A stretch of 58,645 nucleotides of DNA, filler included, from Perkinsus olseni (taxonomy: Eukaryota): NCBI GenBank assembly GCA_013115125.1. It is 6 parts of 6 records of this genome, joined end to end, with 100 filler letters (N's around TTAATTAATTAA, not from the genome) between each part and the next. Parts side by side here need not be neighbours in the genome. Positions count along the whole stretch, not along the records: positions 9,873 to 19,618 come from JABANN010000907.1; positions 19,719 to 29,400 come from JABANN010000908.1; 4 more parts are not named here. One strand, given 5' to 3'. Positions 11,674 through 25,756 of this stretch are shown here, one piece after another. A program made the position numbers and the translations under genes. Within the stretch, counting starts at the first letter, position 1. Each line of letters begins with the position of its first letter. Below the pieces are notes generated by a model. The model made no database searches and was not told the DNA's origin. It saw only the letters and a program-made list of their open reading frames with translations.

Positions 11674-12504
11674 TTTTGACCAACAATACGACACTGACGC
11701 GAGTAGGACTGCAAACCCCACACATACTACTACGACTATCTAATGGGTTGTGTCGAACTACGTGAAGCCTCAGGATTGCCCTTCTCCACAGGACCTGCGA
11801 GAAACTCCCCGCACTAAATGCCGGACTCCCATGCCGAGGAAGATTGCCCATCATCCGAAAATTCTCAAATCCACTCCCCAAACTCACTAGGCAGCGATAA
11901 AAGCTATAATTTGATCGATGGGCCAAGCAACCGCAAAATCACCAACAGAACGCATTCCAGCACGCCCCGTCTCTCGAGGGCACTCTCACTGAACGACCCG
12001 ATCCAACAGAGGCCATAGAGAGTCCACTGAATGAAATCAGACCGAGAAATTGGCGCCCTAGAGCCGCCCTACGGCAGACGCTCCCTCGAACCTAGCCGGC
12101 CAAAGCTTGCCGCTTTGTGTTGTCTACCACCAGGGCGAGCGAGATTCACCTCGCCGACCTTCAGATTTTTCGACTTGCCAAGGCTTCGCCATATGGGGAT
12201 CCTTACTAATCTAACGCAACTCTGAAGAATAACTAAATTGAAACAGTTCGTTGCCAGCAATCTGTTCGGCAATGGACTTGATCCATGTAAGCTAACGTTT
12301 AGACCGATACCTACCGTGCAAGTCTTAAGATAAACTCTTCTTCCACTACAATGAATAATCATCGCCTTCTACGAATAAGAACAAGGCGTCAGCTTTGATG
12401 AAATAGTCCATTGCTGCTTTACGCAACAGTACACCGCGAGAGACTCTAGTCAAGCGGAACTATCGCTACTGCTCGAAAAACACCATCATCACGTCTGCAT
12501 CATT

Positions 12505-15500
12505 TCACCTTCGGAACATACCCAACATGCGTTTAGTAATCCAGAACCCACCAAAAATGTTGAACGAAGCACAGAAGGTACCGACAATAGCACAGACCGA
12601 AGCCATATGCCCTTGTGCCGAGAGCTGGGTCATCGCTCCGACAACGATAATCCCGGAAATAGCATTGGTAACAGACATTAAAGGAGTGTGCAACGCTGGA
12701 TCCACGCTCCAGACCAGGAAGTAACCGATGATCACCGCCATCACGAAGGCCATAAGCTGGTTCACGAGTTGCATGTCGTTGCTGAAGCCAGCACAGATGC
12801 AGATGACCCCGAGAACAAGCAGGCCAATGAAGAAGTTGAGCCACTTGGAAAAATTCGTTTGTTCCTTCTTCTCTGGCTTCTCTACAGGGGCAGCTGGTGT
12901 GTTGGCTGGCTTGGCCTTCGGCGGCGGAGGAGCGGCTGGAGGGGCCGCCGGCTTCCAAGTCACCTCACCGTTGTATGTGCAACGGATCGGACCGATGACC
13001 TCATCGGGATTGGTTATAGCGTTGTCCAGATTGCCAGCATCCCCCATGTGCTTGAACAAGTGACCCATGTTGGCTGCAAAGAGCTCAGAAGCCTGGGCAG
13101 GCATGAAGCGAGCCAAGTTAGATTCACCAACAATGGTTACGCCACTCTCGGGATCAACGATGGTCTTATCCTTCTGAGTGAGCTCGCAGTTACCACCCTG
13201 CTGAGCAGCAAGATCCACGATAACAGAGCCAGGCCTCATAGAACGGACCATCTCCTTGGTGATAAGGAGGGGAGCGGGCTTGCCAGGGATCTGGGCGGTG
13301 GTAACAACAACATCAGAATCGGCACTCAACCTGGCATAGAGCTGCATCTGGGCTTGACGGAACTCGTCAGACATAACCTTGGCGTAGCCACCAGCCCCAG
13401 CACCCTCTTCCTTGATCGGCACCTCAGCGAATTCAGCACCCATAGACTCGACCTGCTCCTTCACAACCGAACGAGTATCATTGGCAACAACGAGGGCGCC
13501 AAGAGAGCGAGCGGTACCAACGGCCGAAAGACCAGCGACACCGGCACCGATGATGAAAACCCTTGCTGCTGGAACTGCACCAGCGGCGGTGGTCAGGGGC
13601 TTGGAAAAACGAGGCAAGAGATGGAAGGCTTCGATTATGGCCTTGTAGCCAGCCATGTTGGCCATTGAGGAGAGAGTATCCAACTTCTGGGCACGGGTAA
13701 TACGAGGAACAGCATCAACAGACATAGCAGTCACACCCTTGGCGGCGAGAGTCTTAAGCAACTCGGGGTTAAAGGCAGGCCACAAGTAAGTGACGACGAT
13801 GTGGCCCTTTCTAAGTGACTTGATGTCTTCTTCCGTCAGGGTGTTGATCTTGCAGATGATATCCGCAGCCTTAAAGACTTCCGCAGAGGTCTGCACCAGC
13901 TTGCAGCCTTCAGTGGCGTAGTAGCGGTCAGGGAAGGAGGCCTTGTCACCACACCCACTCTCCATTATGAAGCCATAGCCCATCTCACGGAACTTGGACA
14001 CCACATTAGGGGCAATGGCAACACGAGTTTCCTCAGAGTTACTGGCCTCGTTCAAGACGCCTATGATCTTCTTGGCCGGCGGGTACTCCTTCACCTTCTG
14101 TGGCTCTGGCTTCTTCTCGGCAGCTAAGAGAGGGGTGGTGGCGTTAACGCCGGGGCCGGCAGCGGGCTGCAGATCCTTAGTGAGGTTTTGCAGCTCGGCA
14201 AGGATCTCTTGGGTTCGAGTCTTAGCGTTACCGAATAGCATACGGGTGTTGTCCTTGTAGAACAAGGGGTTCTCGATACCAGAGTAGCCAGTGGCCATGG
14301 AACGCTTCATCACGACGCACCGAGTAGCCTTCCACACCTCGAGAACGGGCATGCCTCCGATGGGAGACGAGAGATCTTCAACGGCTAAGGGGTTGACAAT
14401 ATCGTTAGCGCCGCAAACGATCGATACATCGGTGGTTGGGAACTCAGGGTTGATCTCGTCCATTTCCTTAACAATATCATAAGGGACATTAGCCTCAGCC
14501 AACAAGACATTCATGTGACCAGGCAAACGACCGGCGACGGGGTGAATGGCGAACTCAACTTTAACGCCCTGCGACCTCAAGAGCTCGGCAATACCGGCTA
14601 CGGATTGCTGACAGCGGGCGACGGCCATACCGTAACCGGGGACGACGATAACAGATTTGGCGTTCAGCAAATCGTGGGATACCTCATCGACGTTGGTCTC
14701 AGTGACGGTACCAGTGACCTCAACGGTATGACCCTCCTCGACACCGAAGCCACCAAGGATGACGGAGGTGAAGGAACGGTTCATACCCTTGCACATGATG
14801 TAAGAAAGGATAGCACCGGAAGAACCGATAAGAGAACCAGCAATGATGAGGATGGTGTTGGAGAGCATGAAACCACAGGCAACGGTAGTCCAACCGGAGT
14901 AGGAGTTCAACATGGAAACAACAACGGGCATATCAGCGCCACCAATGGACATAACAAGAGCCCAACCGAGGTAGAGGCAGATGACGGTCTCAATGCCAAT
15001 GCAGATCGTACCGCCCTTGGTCCCCTTACCAACGATACAGAGGTAGACCGTTAGAGCAACCGAGGCAACGCAAATGCCAGCGTTGATCCAATGACGGAAT
15101 GGGAGTAGCAGAGCCTTCGAGCGAATGATCCCATGAAGCTTGCCGCAGGCCACAATGGAGCCCGTAAGGGTCATGGCACCGAAGAAGATACCGATCATGG
15201 TCTCGACCAAGTGGCCAGCGTTCATCTCTTCCTTGGGATCGAAGTAACGAGCGAAGGCTACCATAACAGCGGCCAGGCCAACCATGGCGTGGAAGCCGGC
15301 AACCATCTGCGGCATCATGATCATCTTCGCTTTATTGGCGATCATGATACCAGCAACAGCGGCCACAGCGAAGCAAATGAGCGCTATCTCCAATGATTTA
15401 GGAGTGAAGTGTGGATCGTAGAAAGCGAAGACAACCGCCACGAGCATTCCGATAGAACCAGCAGCGTTGCCTCTGGTAGCGGTAACAGGCGATCCAAGAC

Positions 15501-15651
15501 CCTTGAGGGCGTACATAAAGCTCAAAGCAACAAACACCACGGAAGCTTCAGTCATAGTGGCGAAGGCTGTCCCACTGACCAAAGATGCCGGGTCTTCCTC
15601 GGGAAGGTAGGGATGGCTGCCGCCTCTCAGATGTGGATCGACAGAGGCCAT
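12505..15651 (-). CDS. NNT: NAD(P) transhydrogenase, fused beta-alpha order, copy 2, complete and intronless (1048 aa)
   Basis: Beta-subunit domains II and III, then alpha domain I (GAGVAGL, EGAGAGGYAK, DLAAQQGGNCE) and alpha TM part (LHTPLMSVTNAISG). Confidence 0.96.
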   Translation of the reverse strand: MASVDPHLRGGSHPYLPEEDPASLVSGTAFATMTEASVVFVALSFMYALKGLGSPVTATRGNAAGSIGMLVAVVFAFYDPHFTPKSLEIALICFAVAAVAGIMIANKAKMIMMPQMVAGFHAMVGLAAVMVAFARYFDPKEEMNAGHLVETMIGIFFGAMTLTGSIVACGKLHGIIRSKALLLPFRHWINAGICVASVALTVYLCIVGKGTKGGTICIGIETVICLYLGWALVMSIGGADMPVVVSMLNSYSGWTTVACGFMLSNTILIIAGSLIGSSGAILSYIMCKGMNRSFTSVILGGFGVEEGHTVEVTGTVTETNVDEVSHDLLNAKSVIVVPGYGMAVARCQQSVAGIAELLRSQGVKVEFAIHPVAGRLPGHMNVLLAEANVPYDIVKEMDEINPEFPTTDVSIVCGANDIVNPLAVEDLSSPIGGMPVLEVWKATRCVVMKRSMATGYSGIENPLFYKDNTRMLFGNAKTRTQEILAELQNLTKDLQPAAGPGVNATTPLLAAEKKPEPQKVKEYPPAKKIIGVLNEASNSEETRVAIAPNVVSKFREMGYGFIMESGCGDKASFPDRYYATEGCKLVQTSAEVFKAADIICKINTLTEEDIKSLRKGHIVVTYLWPAFNPELLKTLAAKGVTAMSVDAVPRITRAQKLDTLSSMANMAGYKAIIEAFHLLPRFSKPLTTAAGAVPAARVFIIGAGVAGLSAVGTARSLGALVVANDTRSVVKEQVESMGAEFAEVPIKEEGAGAGGYAKVMSDEFRQAQMQLYARLSADSDVVVTTAQIPGKPAPLLITKEMVRSMRPGSVIVDLAAQQGGNCELTQKDKTIVDPESGVTIVGESNLARFMPAQASELFAANMGHLFKHMGDAGNLDNAITNPDEVIGPIRCTYNGEVTWKPAAPPAAPPPPKAKPANTPAAPVEKPEKKEQTNFSKWLNFFIGLLVLGVICICAGFSNDMQLVNQLMAFVMAVIIGYFLVWSVDPALHTPLMSVTNAISGIIVVGAMTQLSAQGHMASVCAIVGTFCASFNIFGGFWITKRMLGMFRR

Positions 15652-17137
15652 TGTGGGTGGAAAAAATCAGCGGATCTTGCGCTCTACTGAGAACATCAAC
15701 CCCGATCGTGGCAAGCCAGCATTCGAGGCTTCTATCAACCACTCAGATAACGACGGTCGCAACAATAATGGCAACCTGGATTAGTCGATAAAGGCTGTTC
15801 ACAAGGAGCACACGAGAACACACGGCATCTCGAAACGCGAGCCAGTCCATCCGTGTGTAATTCGTGATACATAGACAACAACAGTGGACTGGCCTAATGA
15901 ATGCCATACCTCGGACCCATACAAAGCAGGGTAGAGTATAATCTAAGGTAAGGGTAGAGAGGCTCAGGAGCAGTACGCCTCCCGTAGTGATCACCGACCA
16001 AAATCAGCACGCGCGCGCTTGCCGGAGCGAAGCGTCGCAGCATTTGACAATTTGTTGACTTATTTGCGAGGTCGTATTTGACTTCGGTCACCCCGTTCAG
16101 TGAAGTAATTCTGACACTCAAAATATATCACGGAATTGATCCTTAGACTTAAAATGCGTTTCCAGGATCGATTCCGAATTCCGGAATTACTTTACTAAGC
16201 GACCCAAGTGGCGCTGCCGAACTAAGCTTCGACGTGACGATCGCTGACGGACTGTATGAAACACTGTGTTTCAACGTGTTTCATATGGCGTGTTTATAGG
16301 TCGATTGCACGTTTACAACGTGTTTCACGTCATGTGTTTCAAACACAACAGGCAAGAGCCGGTGATGTAGTGACAGGTCATGTGAATGAACAGGGGAAAT
16401 TTGATCGTTGATCAAATATGACGAAGTGACTCGAGGACGCCAATGGCTCAAGCCAAGCATACCTGAAAGCCGTAAAGAGAACAGCCGTGACGGCAAGGCG
16501 AATGGGTTCTACTCACCGCTGTGCAATTAAAGAAAGATGTGACACCATCGCTCCGCCTACTATCCAATATGAGGACGACGAGAATGTACCTGGCCGTACA
16601 AGAGCTCAGCTGACCAGGCTACACTCAGCCTACCCGAGTCCCAGAGCATGCAGGATCTGCTGCTGCATATGACTGGTATCTTCAGGCGAATGGTGATAAT
16701 GGCACGCTGTCACGAGGCTTCTGATGCAGACCTAAGGAAGAAGTCCAACCCCTGCCTCAGAGGCTGTGCTCTTACCTTGGCCATGAACACTATTGCCAGG
16801 GGTTTCAGGACCACATTGTGAAGCGTATCAATGACGTCCATCGAAAGACACCTCGAAGCTGGCACACAGCCCTCAGACCAGGATGGCAAACACATCTCCC
16901 CTTGGCTTCCCACGAACTCAATACGGTCGAACAAAGAGTTGAGGAGAAAGACAGTTGAATGGAGCCATGGGCGGCCGGTGCTTTCGATAAGGAGGCAGAA
17001 GCTTATGCTGAACCGCTTGGCGTGGTGATTATCACAACGCCACGACGATTAAGCGTGATACCGGCCGCCACGATGGCGTTATAAAAACGACGAAGTCCAT
17101 GACAATAGACTGATCCATTCCGACCGTGTAGGTCATC

Positions 17138-19335
<2,198 letters not shown>

Positions 19336-19543
19336 GATAGCCCAGAGTTGGGCGGGCCGGTAACACCTGGTGTAAATACTCTCACAAGACCTCCGACCTC
19401 CACAGCGACCGTCAGGGACTCCCCTTTCTCAAAACAGTGACGAACGGCACGGCCCATTCGTCAAGATTTAGTTCATACGACCCGCATGGTGAATGATCGG
19501 AATAGATCGGACCAAAAACAAGAAAACCCCACTGTCTCTGCAT

Positions 19544-19545
<2 letters not shown>

Positions 19546-19614
<69 letters not shown>

Positions 19615-19618
19615 GGGG
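19546..19618 (+). repeat. Poly-G run at scaffold end (probably a sequencing artefact)
   Basis: About 70 G directly abutting the linker. Confidence 0.7.
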
Positions 19619-19718
19619 NNNNNNNNNNNNNNNNNNNNNNNNNNNNNNNNNNNNNNNNNNNNTTAATTAATTAANNNNNNNNNNNNNNNNNNNNNNNNNN
19701 NNNNNNNNNNNNNNNNNN
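19619..19718. other. Artificial scaffold linker
   Basis: N-TTAATTAATTAA-N. Confidence 0.97.
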
Positions 19719-20207
19719 AAGACAATACGGGCGCGCGCTTTTTTCGAGTTGTGCCGAGGTATGATATTCATACGATCAGTGCTGTTGCAATGCGCCGGGA
19801 GGATTCATCATTCCTCTATCTTTGATGTGACGGAAGTCTCGTTTCTACGAGGGTTTCGCATTGGATACGACGTATTTCCGTAGAATGCTTAGAACCGTAG
19901 AAAGGTGTAGGATTACGATACCCATATCGGGGGCGAACTTGTGTCGAAAAGACCAGCCCGAGAGCAGACTTCACAGACGCATGGCACCAGTGCCTCGGTA
20001 ACAGCGATGAACACCACGACTTGTTTGTGAAAAAATCGTGTTCATTCAGCCTTACGCGACCTCAGTCACGCGGGAGGCGAAAAAGCATCCCGTCCACCTC
20101 GAATGCATAGAAGCATTAAGACGGTATAAAGTATGATAGCTTCAACACTGAACCGCTTCAAAAACTACCAGTCAAAGTTAGTCAACAGAAGATAAAATGA
20201 TAATGAG

Positions 20208-21475
20208 TCACATTCCCTCGAAAGGCGCTGGAGGGCTTTTCTTTGCGGCGAACCAATCCAACGCGGATTGGTGGTCTTTAGTGAACGTCAAAGGCTCACG
20301 CTCGGCACTTGCCGACTCCAACCACGGAGGGAACTCCTGAAGAGACACAGGTTTCTGACGCCGTCAAATAAACCGGTTCTCTCTATGATCGAGCGTCCCG
20401 AGACGCCAGCCTACCTCGTCCTGTCTCTTACGAATGACTCTCTTGGCAGCTCTAACAGCGAGTGGGCCATTGGCGGCGATGGCTGAGGCTAGCTCTAGCG
20501 CTTCGTTGTAAACCTACTGAGAAGTTTGGCAAGGACTCGGGCGACCACTAGTATGGGCAGCCTACATCCTCAGGGCTGTCACTCTCCGTTAGCCTGTTGA
20601 CGAGGCCTAGGTTGAAAGCTTCTGTAGCTTGCACTGGACGGGAGGTGTAAACCTGCCACCAAGAGACCAGAACCTCTCGCCTTGTATGTTGGCAAGTCTA
20701 CCATGTCCAGCGCAGTGGCGATAGGCAACATGAGAGGCAGGAGGACGCATCCGCCGATCCCCGGGATGAGCCCCAGTGCTGTTTCGGGTAGGCGCAGTAC
20801 GGTCGCAGGAGATGCTACACGCAACTGGAAGCGAGTGTGATAGAGAGAACACTGAGTGATAATGCGCCCTCACGTCAGAAGCGAGGGCGAACTCCAGTCC
20901 ACCACCCATGGCGTGGCCATGTACCGCAGCGATTACCGGCATGGGGAGTCCGAGGACGGCCTTAACCCCATCCTTCATACCCTGCAGGTACCTTGAGAGG
21001 GCCGGCGGCGCGTGGTGGCTCTGCCCCAGAACGTGATGAGCTCTGTACTATGGGCTTTCGTCTCACTCTTTCGCTTGTTCTGGGGTGAAGTTCCGGGAAG
21101 CCTTAAGATCTCGTCCCGCACAGAAAGACTTCCCTTCGCCAGACAGAACGACCGCGCGGCACTCGCTTTGAGGCAGCCCCGAGAGATACTGAAGTGACGG
21201 GATTTCCGGAGTAGGCCGGTCGCTTGACACCCCTCTGACCTTGGCAGCACGTGAAAGGTCCGTCATCATCTCCAAGGTAATAGCATTGCGGACATCTGGT
21301 CTGTTGAAGGCTAGGTTGTACACGTGGGTTTTACCTAAGGCTCGGTAGCGGATCTCCGCCGATCTCTGCGGCTTCTCTTACCTTGAGGAGCCTTGCGTAT
21401 GAGTACTTGGCCGGAGGAAAGCCCAGCCGCAGCTGCCATGGACTGGCAGAGTCGAGCTCTAGCAGCAGAAAGCAT
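20208..21475 (-). CDS. Enoyl-CoA hydratase/isomerase (crotonase family, AUH-like), likely mitochondrial, multi-exon
   Basis: FNRPDVRNAI, SFCAGRDLK, LPMPVIAAVHGHAMGGGLEFALASD, LPETALGLIPGIGG, ANGPLAVRAAK. Arg/Ala-rich presequence MLSAARARLCQS. Stop 20208-20210. Confidence 0.9.
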
Positions 21476-21832
21476 TCAGATGGACCGCAACCACGCTGAG
21501 CTGAAGGGGAGTCGTTGATCGGCCGCTACAAATGAGCCACCCTAGCCACGCGCCACTGCAAGAAGCTTATGAAGCGTCCCCGCCGAGCGCGGCACTGACC
21601 AGCACGAAAGCAGAGATCACTCATCGGCAACAACTGCTAGCAACCTAATCTATCATGTGCAACCTTCGACATAGGATACCCTGGGATTTACAGTCTACAC
21701 AATACACAGTTACCACGACGACCATCCCACAGCTGTTGTTTGCACGCCGAACTCCCAACTCGAGTCTTCCACAACAAAAAGGAAATCGATGCAAATAATC
21801 CAAGTCGAGTAATATCAATCATGATGTCCGAT

Positions 21833-22949
21833 TTATTCCGTAGCTGTCCGTACCGCTGCAGCTGCTGACAGGGACGCCTCACTAGCAGTCGAGTCAACAG
21901 CAGCAGCACCCTGAGTAGTAGTCCGGCTACACGCCCCTCGCAGGCTCTCTCACGATGAGCTTCCGAGATAGGCCATTCCATACGACCACGGCCTGCCTGC
22001 TGTCTTTGACTATCTCCAGAAGCAGCTCGACCAGCCTACCGAGTTGAGTCATCATTCTGTCTCGGAAATCTGCATCCTCAGCACTTATGCAGGGCTCCTC
22101 TATCGTGAGCTCGATGACACCTACAACTCGTCCCCAGTCATGTTTGCCCAACACCAACTTATGGCAACCTCCGAGGAGCATCTGCTGATAGACGGCGCGC
22201 ACTCCCAGCGATCGCTGTGTTGACGCCGACTTTAGCTCCACCATGGTTTGCCGCGGATCAAAAGATCCCACCTCCTGCAACCAGAGGCTGGAAGAACCCT
22301 CTTCGCGGAGACTCCAGCCGCCTTCGGATACTCTGCCGGTGTCCTCCTCCCAGCCAGCGGGGTCTCCAACGCAGGCATCGACTTCGGCTCTCACAACGAG
22401 GTTCAGGTCGCCTAGCCTCAGAAGGGAGACTCTGTGATGTCGAGAAAGTTGATCCTCAGTGCCAGGCCGAGGACGCGTCATAGCCTCCTCGAAGGACCAG
22501 CCGTATGTCGGGTCCTTGCCCACCGAGGCCTTACCCACGGCTCTTGGTCAGAAGGATGCCTTCAGGATCTGCTGGTGGTACATAAACTGGTGGCATACCA
22601 GGCACGACAATCCGAGTATTTGACGGCGTTGAACTCCGGTGACAAGAATAGGAGCCAATGGCTGTGATGTCCCACTGCCACGTCTCGTGCCGCCCATCAG
22701 TGAGCTCATCTCTGTCCACTACACGCAGGTATCGCGTCATGAGGGGGTGCATGGAGGCATGAGGACCCGCCACTGGCGACTGCTGCTCGTCGGCCGTGGT
22801 TTCAACCGACTGCCGCTGCTGCGCACCTCCTCGCGCCTCCCAACTCCCCCCTCATGATACCGCTGGATGGAATCCGCCTTACTCTCCGCGCCTCTAGAGA
22901 GATGCCCGGGCCGGGCACCGGATCGAGCTGGCAAACCGAGGGATGGCAT
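21833..22949 (-). CDS. RAI1/DXO-like PD-(D/E)XK-fold protein, possibly disrupted (frame break near 22535)
   Basis: GSY...IVVPGMPPVYVPP, YGWSFEEAMT, HHRVSLLRLGDLNLVVRAEVDAC, VELKS, YQQMLLGG resemble the EVD/ELK/Q motifs of RAI1-like proteins. Confidence 0.5.
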
Positions 22950-23505
22950 ATGCTCGACTGTGTGGTCCAGCGAAAATGCTGAATAGACTCTTCCTCCCGG
23001 CCAAAGCCGCCCTGGACCGAAGACACCGCTTTCAAGCACTCGAGAGATGGCCAACTCTATTCGTGGGAGTATACTGATGAATAGCAACGCAGCGAGGTCC
23101 AAGCCGGGATTTCCTTAGGAGCCAGATGAGAGCTAGCCCAAGACGTTCACGCGTGCACAGGGTTGAACGCAAACACATCCGAGTGGCGAGGGACAGAATC
23201 GCTCAACATGATCTACGCCGGAAGTGACACCTGAGTTGGAGTATCCACTATTCAACGCTCGTCGTTGAATACGCTAATGACCCCCCACCCTCTCCTATGT
23301 GACCATGGTTCGGTCCGGTTACGGTATCTTCTTCTAGCGCAGTACCTCTTTGAGCGAAGGGGTGTAGTTGCGGACTCAGGACCTGCATGAACCCTAGTAA
23401 TGTGACAAGGTATCAGCAACCGTAGCGAAGGGGATAGCGAAACATTTCCCCCGGGTTATTTACATCACCAACACGACACACGACGAGCGCTTTACGGAAA
23501 AAAGT

Positions 23506-25554
23506 TCACCTTCCTGTCACGCCGTCCATCGGCGAGTCGGCTTTGGCAAGCAAAGAGGGCCCCGGTCCCAGATGGCATCTCCTGCTCTCGTGGCCAGGCT
23601 GACCACACCTACCGGTCAGACTCGACAATCGTCAACGCTACGCAGACGCTACCTATGGCAAACTCTAGGGTTCGGACAGGACTTCGCCATGTGGCCGAAG
23701 CCCAGGCACTGCAGACACTGGACTTGAGGAGTGGCGCTAGGGTCGCCTACTGCTGTTGCTGTGGGGGCAGCAGCAGCCATCACCTGGGCGATGGTCGTGA
23801 AGGAAGGCTGACCGGCCTCGGAGGACCTCACCTGGTACCCCGCTGAAGGGCACATGCGGCTCTCATGACCAGGCTGGCCGCACCTGCAGGCCATCGTGGT
23901 GGGGATGGGCAGCAGGCATGACCCTCACCTATGGCAGGCTCGAGCGTTGGGGCAATTCCTGGCGATGTGGCCGAATTGGAGACACTGAAGGCATTGGATA
24001 TTGGCGGCGTTGCTACTGCGACTGGTGACAGCGTCTTGTGTGGCGGCTGCCTGATGATACAGGGCTCCTGCTGGGTATCCGAGGACAGCTGAATGGTCCG
24101 ACAGACGACAACGCGGGAAACGGAGGGGGGCACTTCCCAGACGGACCTCACTCGGCCGCCTGCCCTGGGCTAGAGGACCCTGCGACACCAACACTGGATG
24201 GGGGCACTGCCAACTCTCATGACCAGGCTCTGCACACCTACCATGAATGGTCCACTGCTGTCTTCATCTACTACACCGCTCACCCTCACCTATGGCAAAC
24301 TCTCGGATTGGGGCAATCCCGTGCCATATGGCCGTACTGTAGGCACTGCAGACACTGCACGGGGCCGTGGCGATGCGGGGGAGCCGTCGTCCCGACTTCT
24401 GCCTCCTGCTGCGTAGGGTTAACAGGTGATAGATGGTAGCTAGACCGTACACTATGTCCTGGTTGGTTAACCGACGAGCGGTGGTGGGGTGCTTCTGGCT
24501 TGCTCTCATACAGCCCTCCTAGCAGGCTTCTGCTGCGACAATCTCCTGACTTGTGTCCAGGTTGGCCACAGCTGCAAACAACGGATGGTGACACAGTGAA
24601 GCCTACTACTCCGACTCCGACTACCACCACCACCACAACCACTACTACTACTATACAGGAGCTACACGGCCATACTGTGAATCCAGATACCGTGCTCCCA
24701 GACCAAACCAAACTACTACTCAGTAGTAGCTACTGCTGGCAATCATTCTACTGCTGTTACGACTACCACCAAGAGTACGGTACTACCACTACTACTTGCG
24801 ACAGACTGGAGGCATAGGGCACTGCCTGACCATATGCCCCTCCTGTCCACAATTACGACACACCACTCCACACCACACAGCTGGGTGACCAGGCTGTCCG
24901 CACTTATCACAGACGATAGCATTCGGGCATGCCGCCGCCTACAGGACACCTCAGCACACCAACAGCCACAGGAACAGCTCTACCGTATGGCCTATCCGAC
25001 GACATCTACCGCAGGTCTCCTGATCCACTGTGCATTCCTTAGAATTGTGGCCCGACTGAAGTCAACGACAAAAGCCGTCCAGCGAGGCCTTGCCTGGGCA
25101 GGCGTTCACTACTTGAAAGCATTTGGTACAGGTAGTAGGGTTGGGGCAATCACGAGCCCGATGGCCAAACCGGAAGCAGTTGGCACATTTGCCGTGGAAG
25201 GGAGGCTCATAACCGCTGACCGCACCATCGCCTCTGACACAGGGCAAAAGATATCGATCGTTTGAGGATGGCTCGGACCACCACCTCCGCCGACCAGGGC
25301 TCCGAACTGCCGGGAGGACGTCCATCTGAGCGGAGCGAAGCTACTTTTTCCGAGCAGTACATCTTCCCTACGTCAGAAGGTACTCCTCCCTCTTCGTCTT
25401 CGATGATAGGCGACGGGCTGAGAGAGACGCCCTCCAGCCTGATCCGGCACCACTGAGCTCACCATTGGGATGCCTCGTGACCCCGACCACCACAATTAGC
25501 ACAGAGGACGACAGCACCCTCCCGACTACGGCTCCTCTCCCTTCTACCCAACAT
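23506..25554 (-). CDS. CCHC zinc-knuckle array protein (CNBP/AIR-like), multi-exon
   Basis: More than ten CX2CX4HX4C knuckles (CANCGGRGHEASQC, CANCFRFGHRARDC, CRNCGQEGHMVRQC, CLQCLQYGHMARDC, etc.). ATG 25554, stop 23506-23508. Confidence 0.85.
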
Positions 25555-25756
25555 AGAGAGAGCCAACTGCACAGCTATCGACACGTTCCCACGCCCGTCG
25601 ACTGTTGCGAACGAGAATGGGACGCGACCCAAATCTCCCGACACTTCCCTCGACTCTTATTGACCTGCTGATGGCGTAGGACACAGGGATCAGCGGTTGA
25701 TACTCGCGACACTCGCAACGCCACACCAAGGGAGGCAACGACAACATCACATGGCA

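Noticed and set aside
10189-11679. 496-aa plus-strand ORF (and 12688-13668, 14515-15054)
   Set aside because: Antisense shadows of the codon-biased transhydrogenase genes; no recognisable motifs.
16436-16452. TGGCTCAAG resembling the 3' end of the dinoflagellate/Perkinsus spliced leader (also at the MAPK start, ~19326-19334)
   Set aside because: Only ~9 nt match, lacking the CCGTAGCCAT 5' part and the SL-RNA GT donor/Sm-site context.
19546-19618. Long G tract as a G-quadruplex or telomere-like element
   Set aside because: Lies at a contig end; typical of no-signal poly-G sequencing artefacts.
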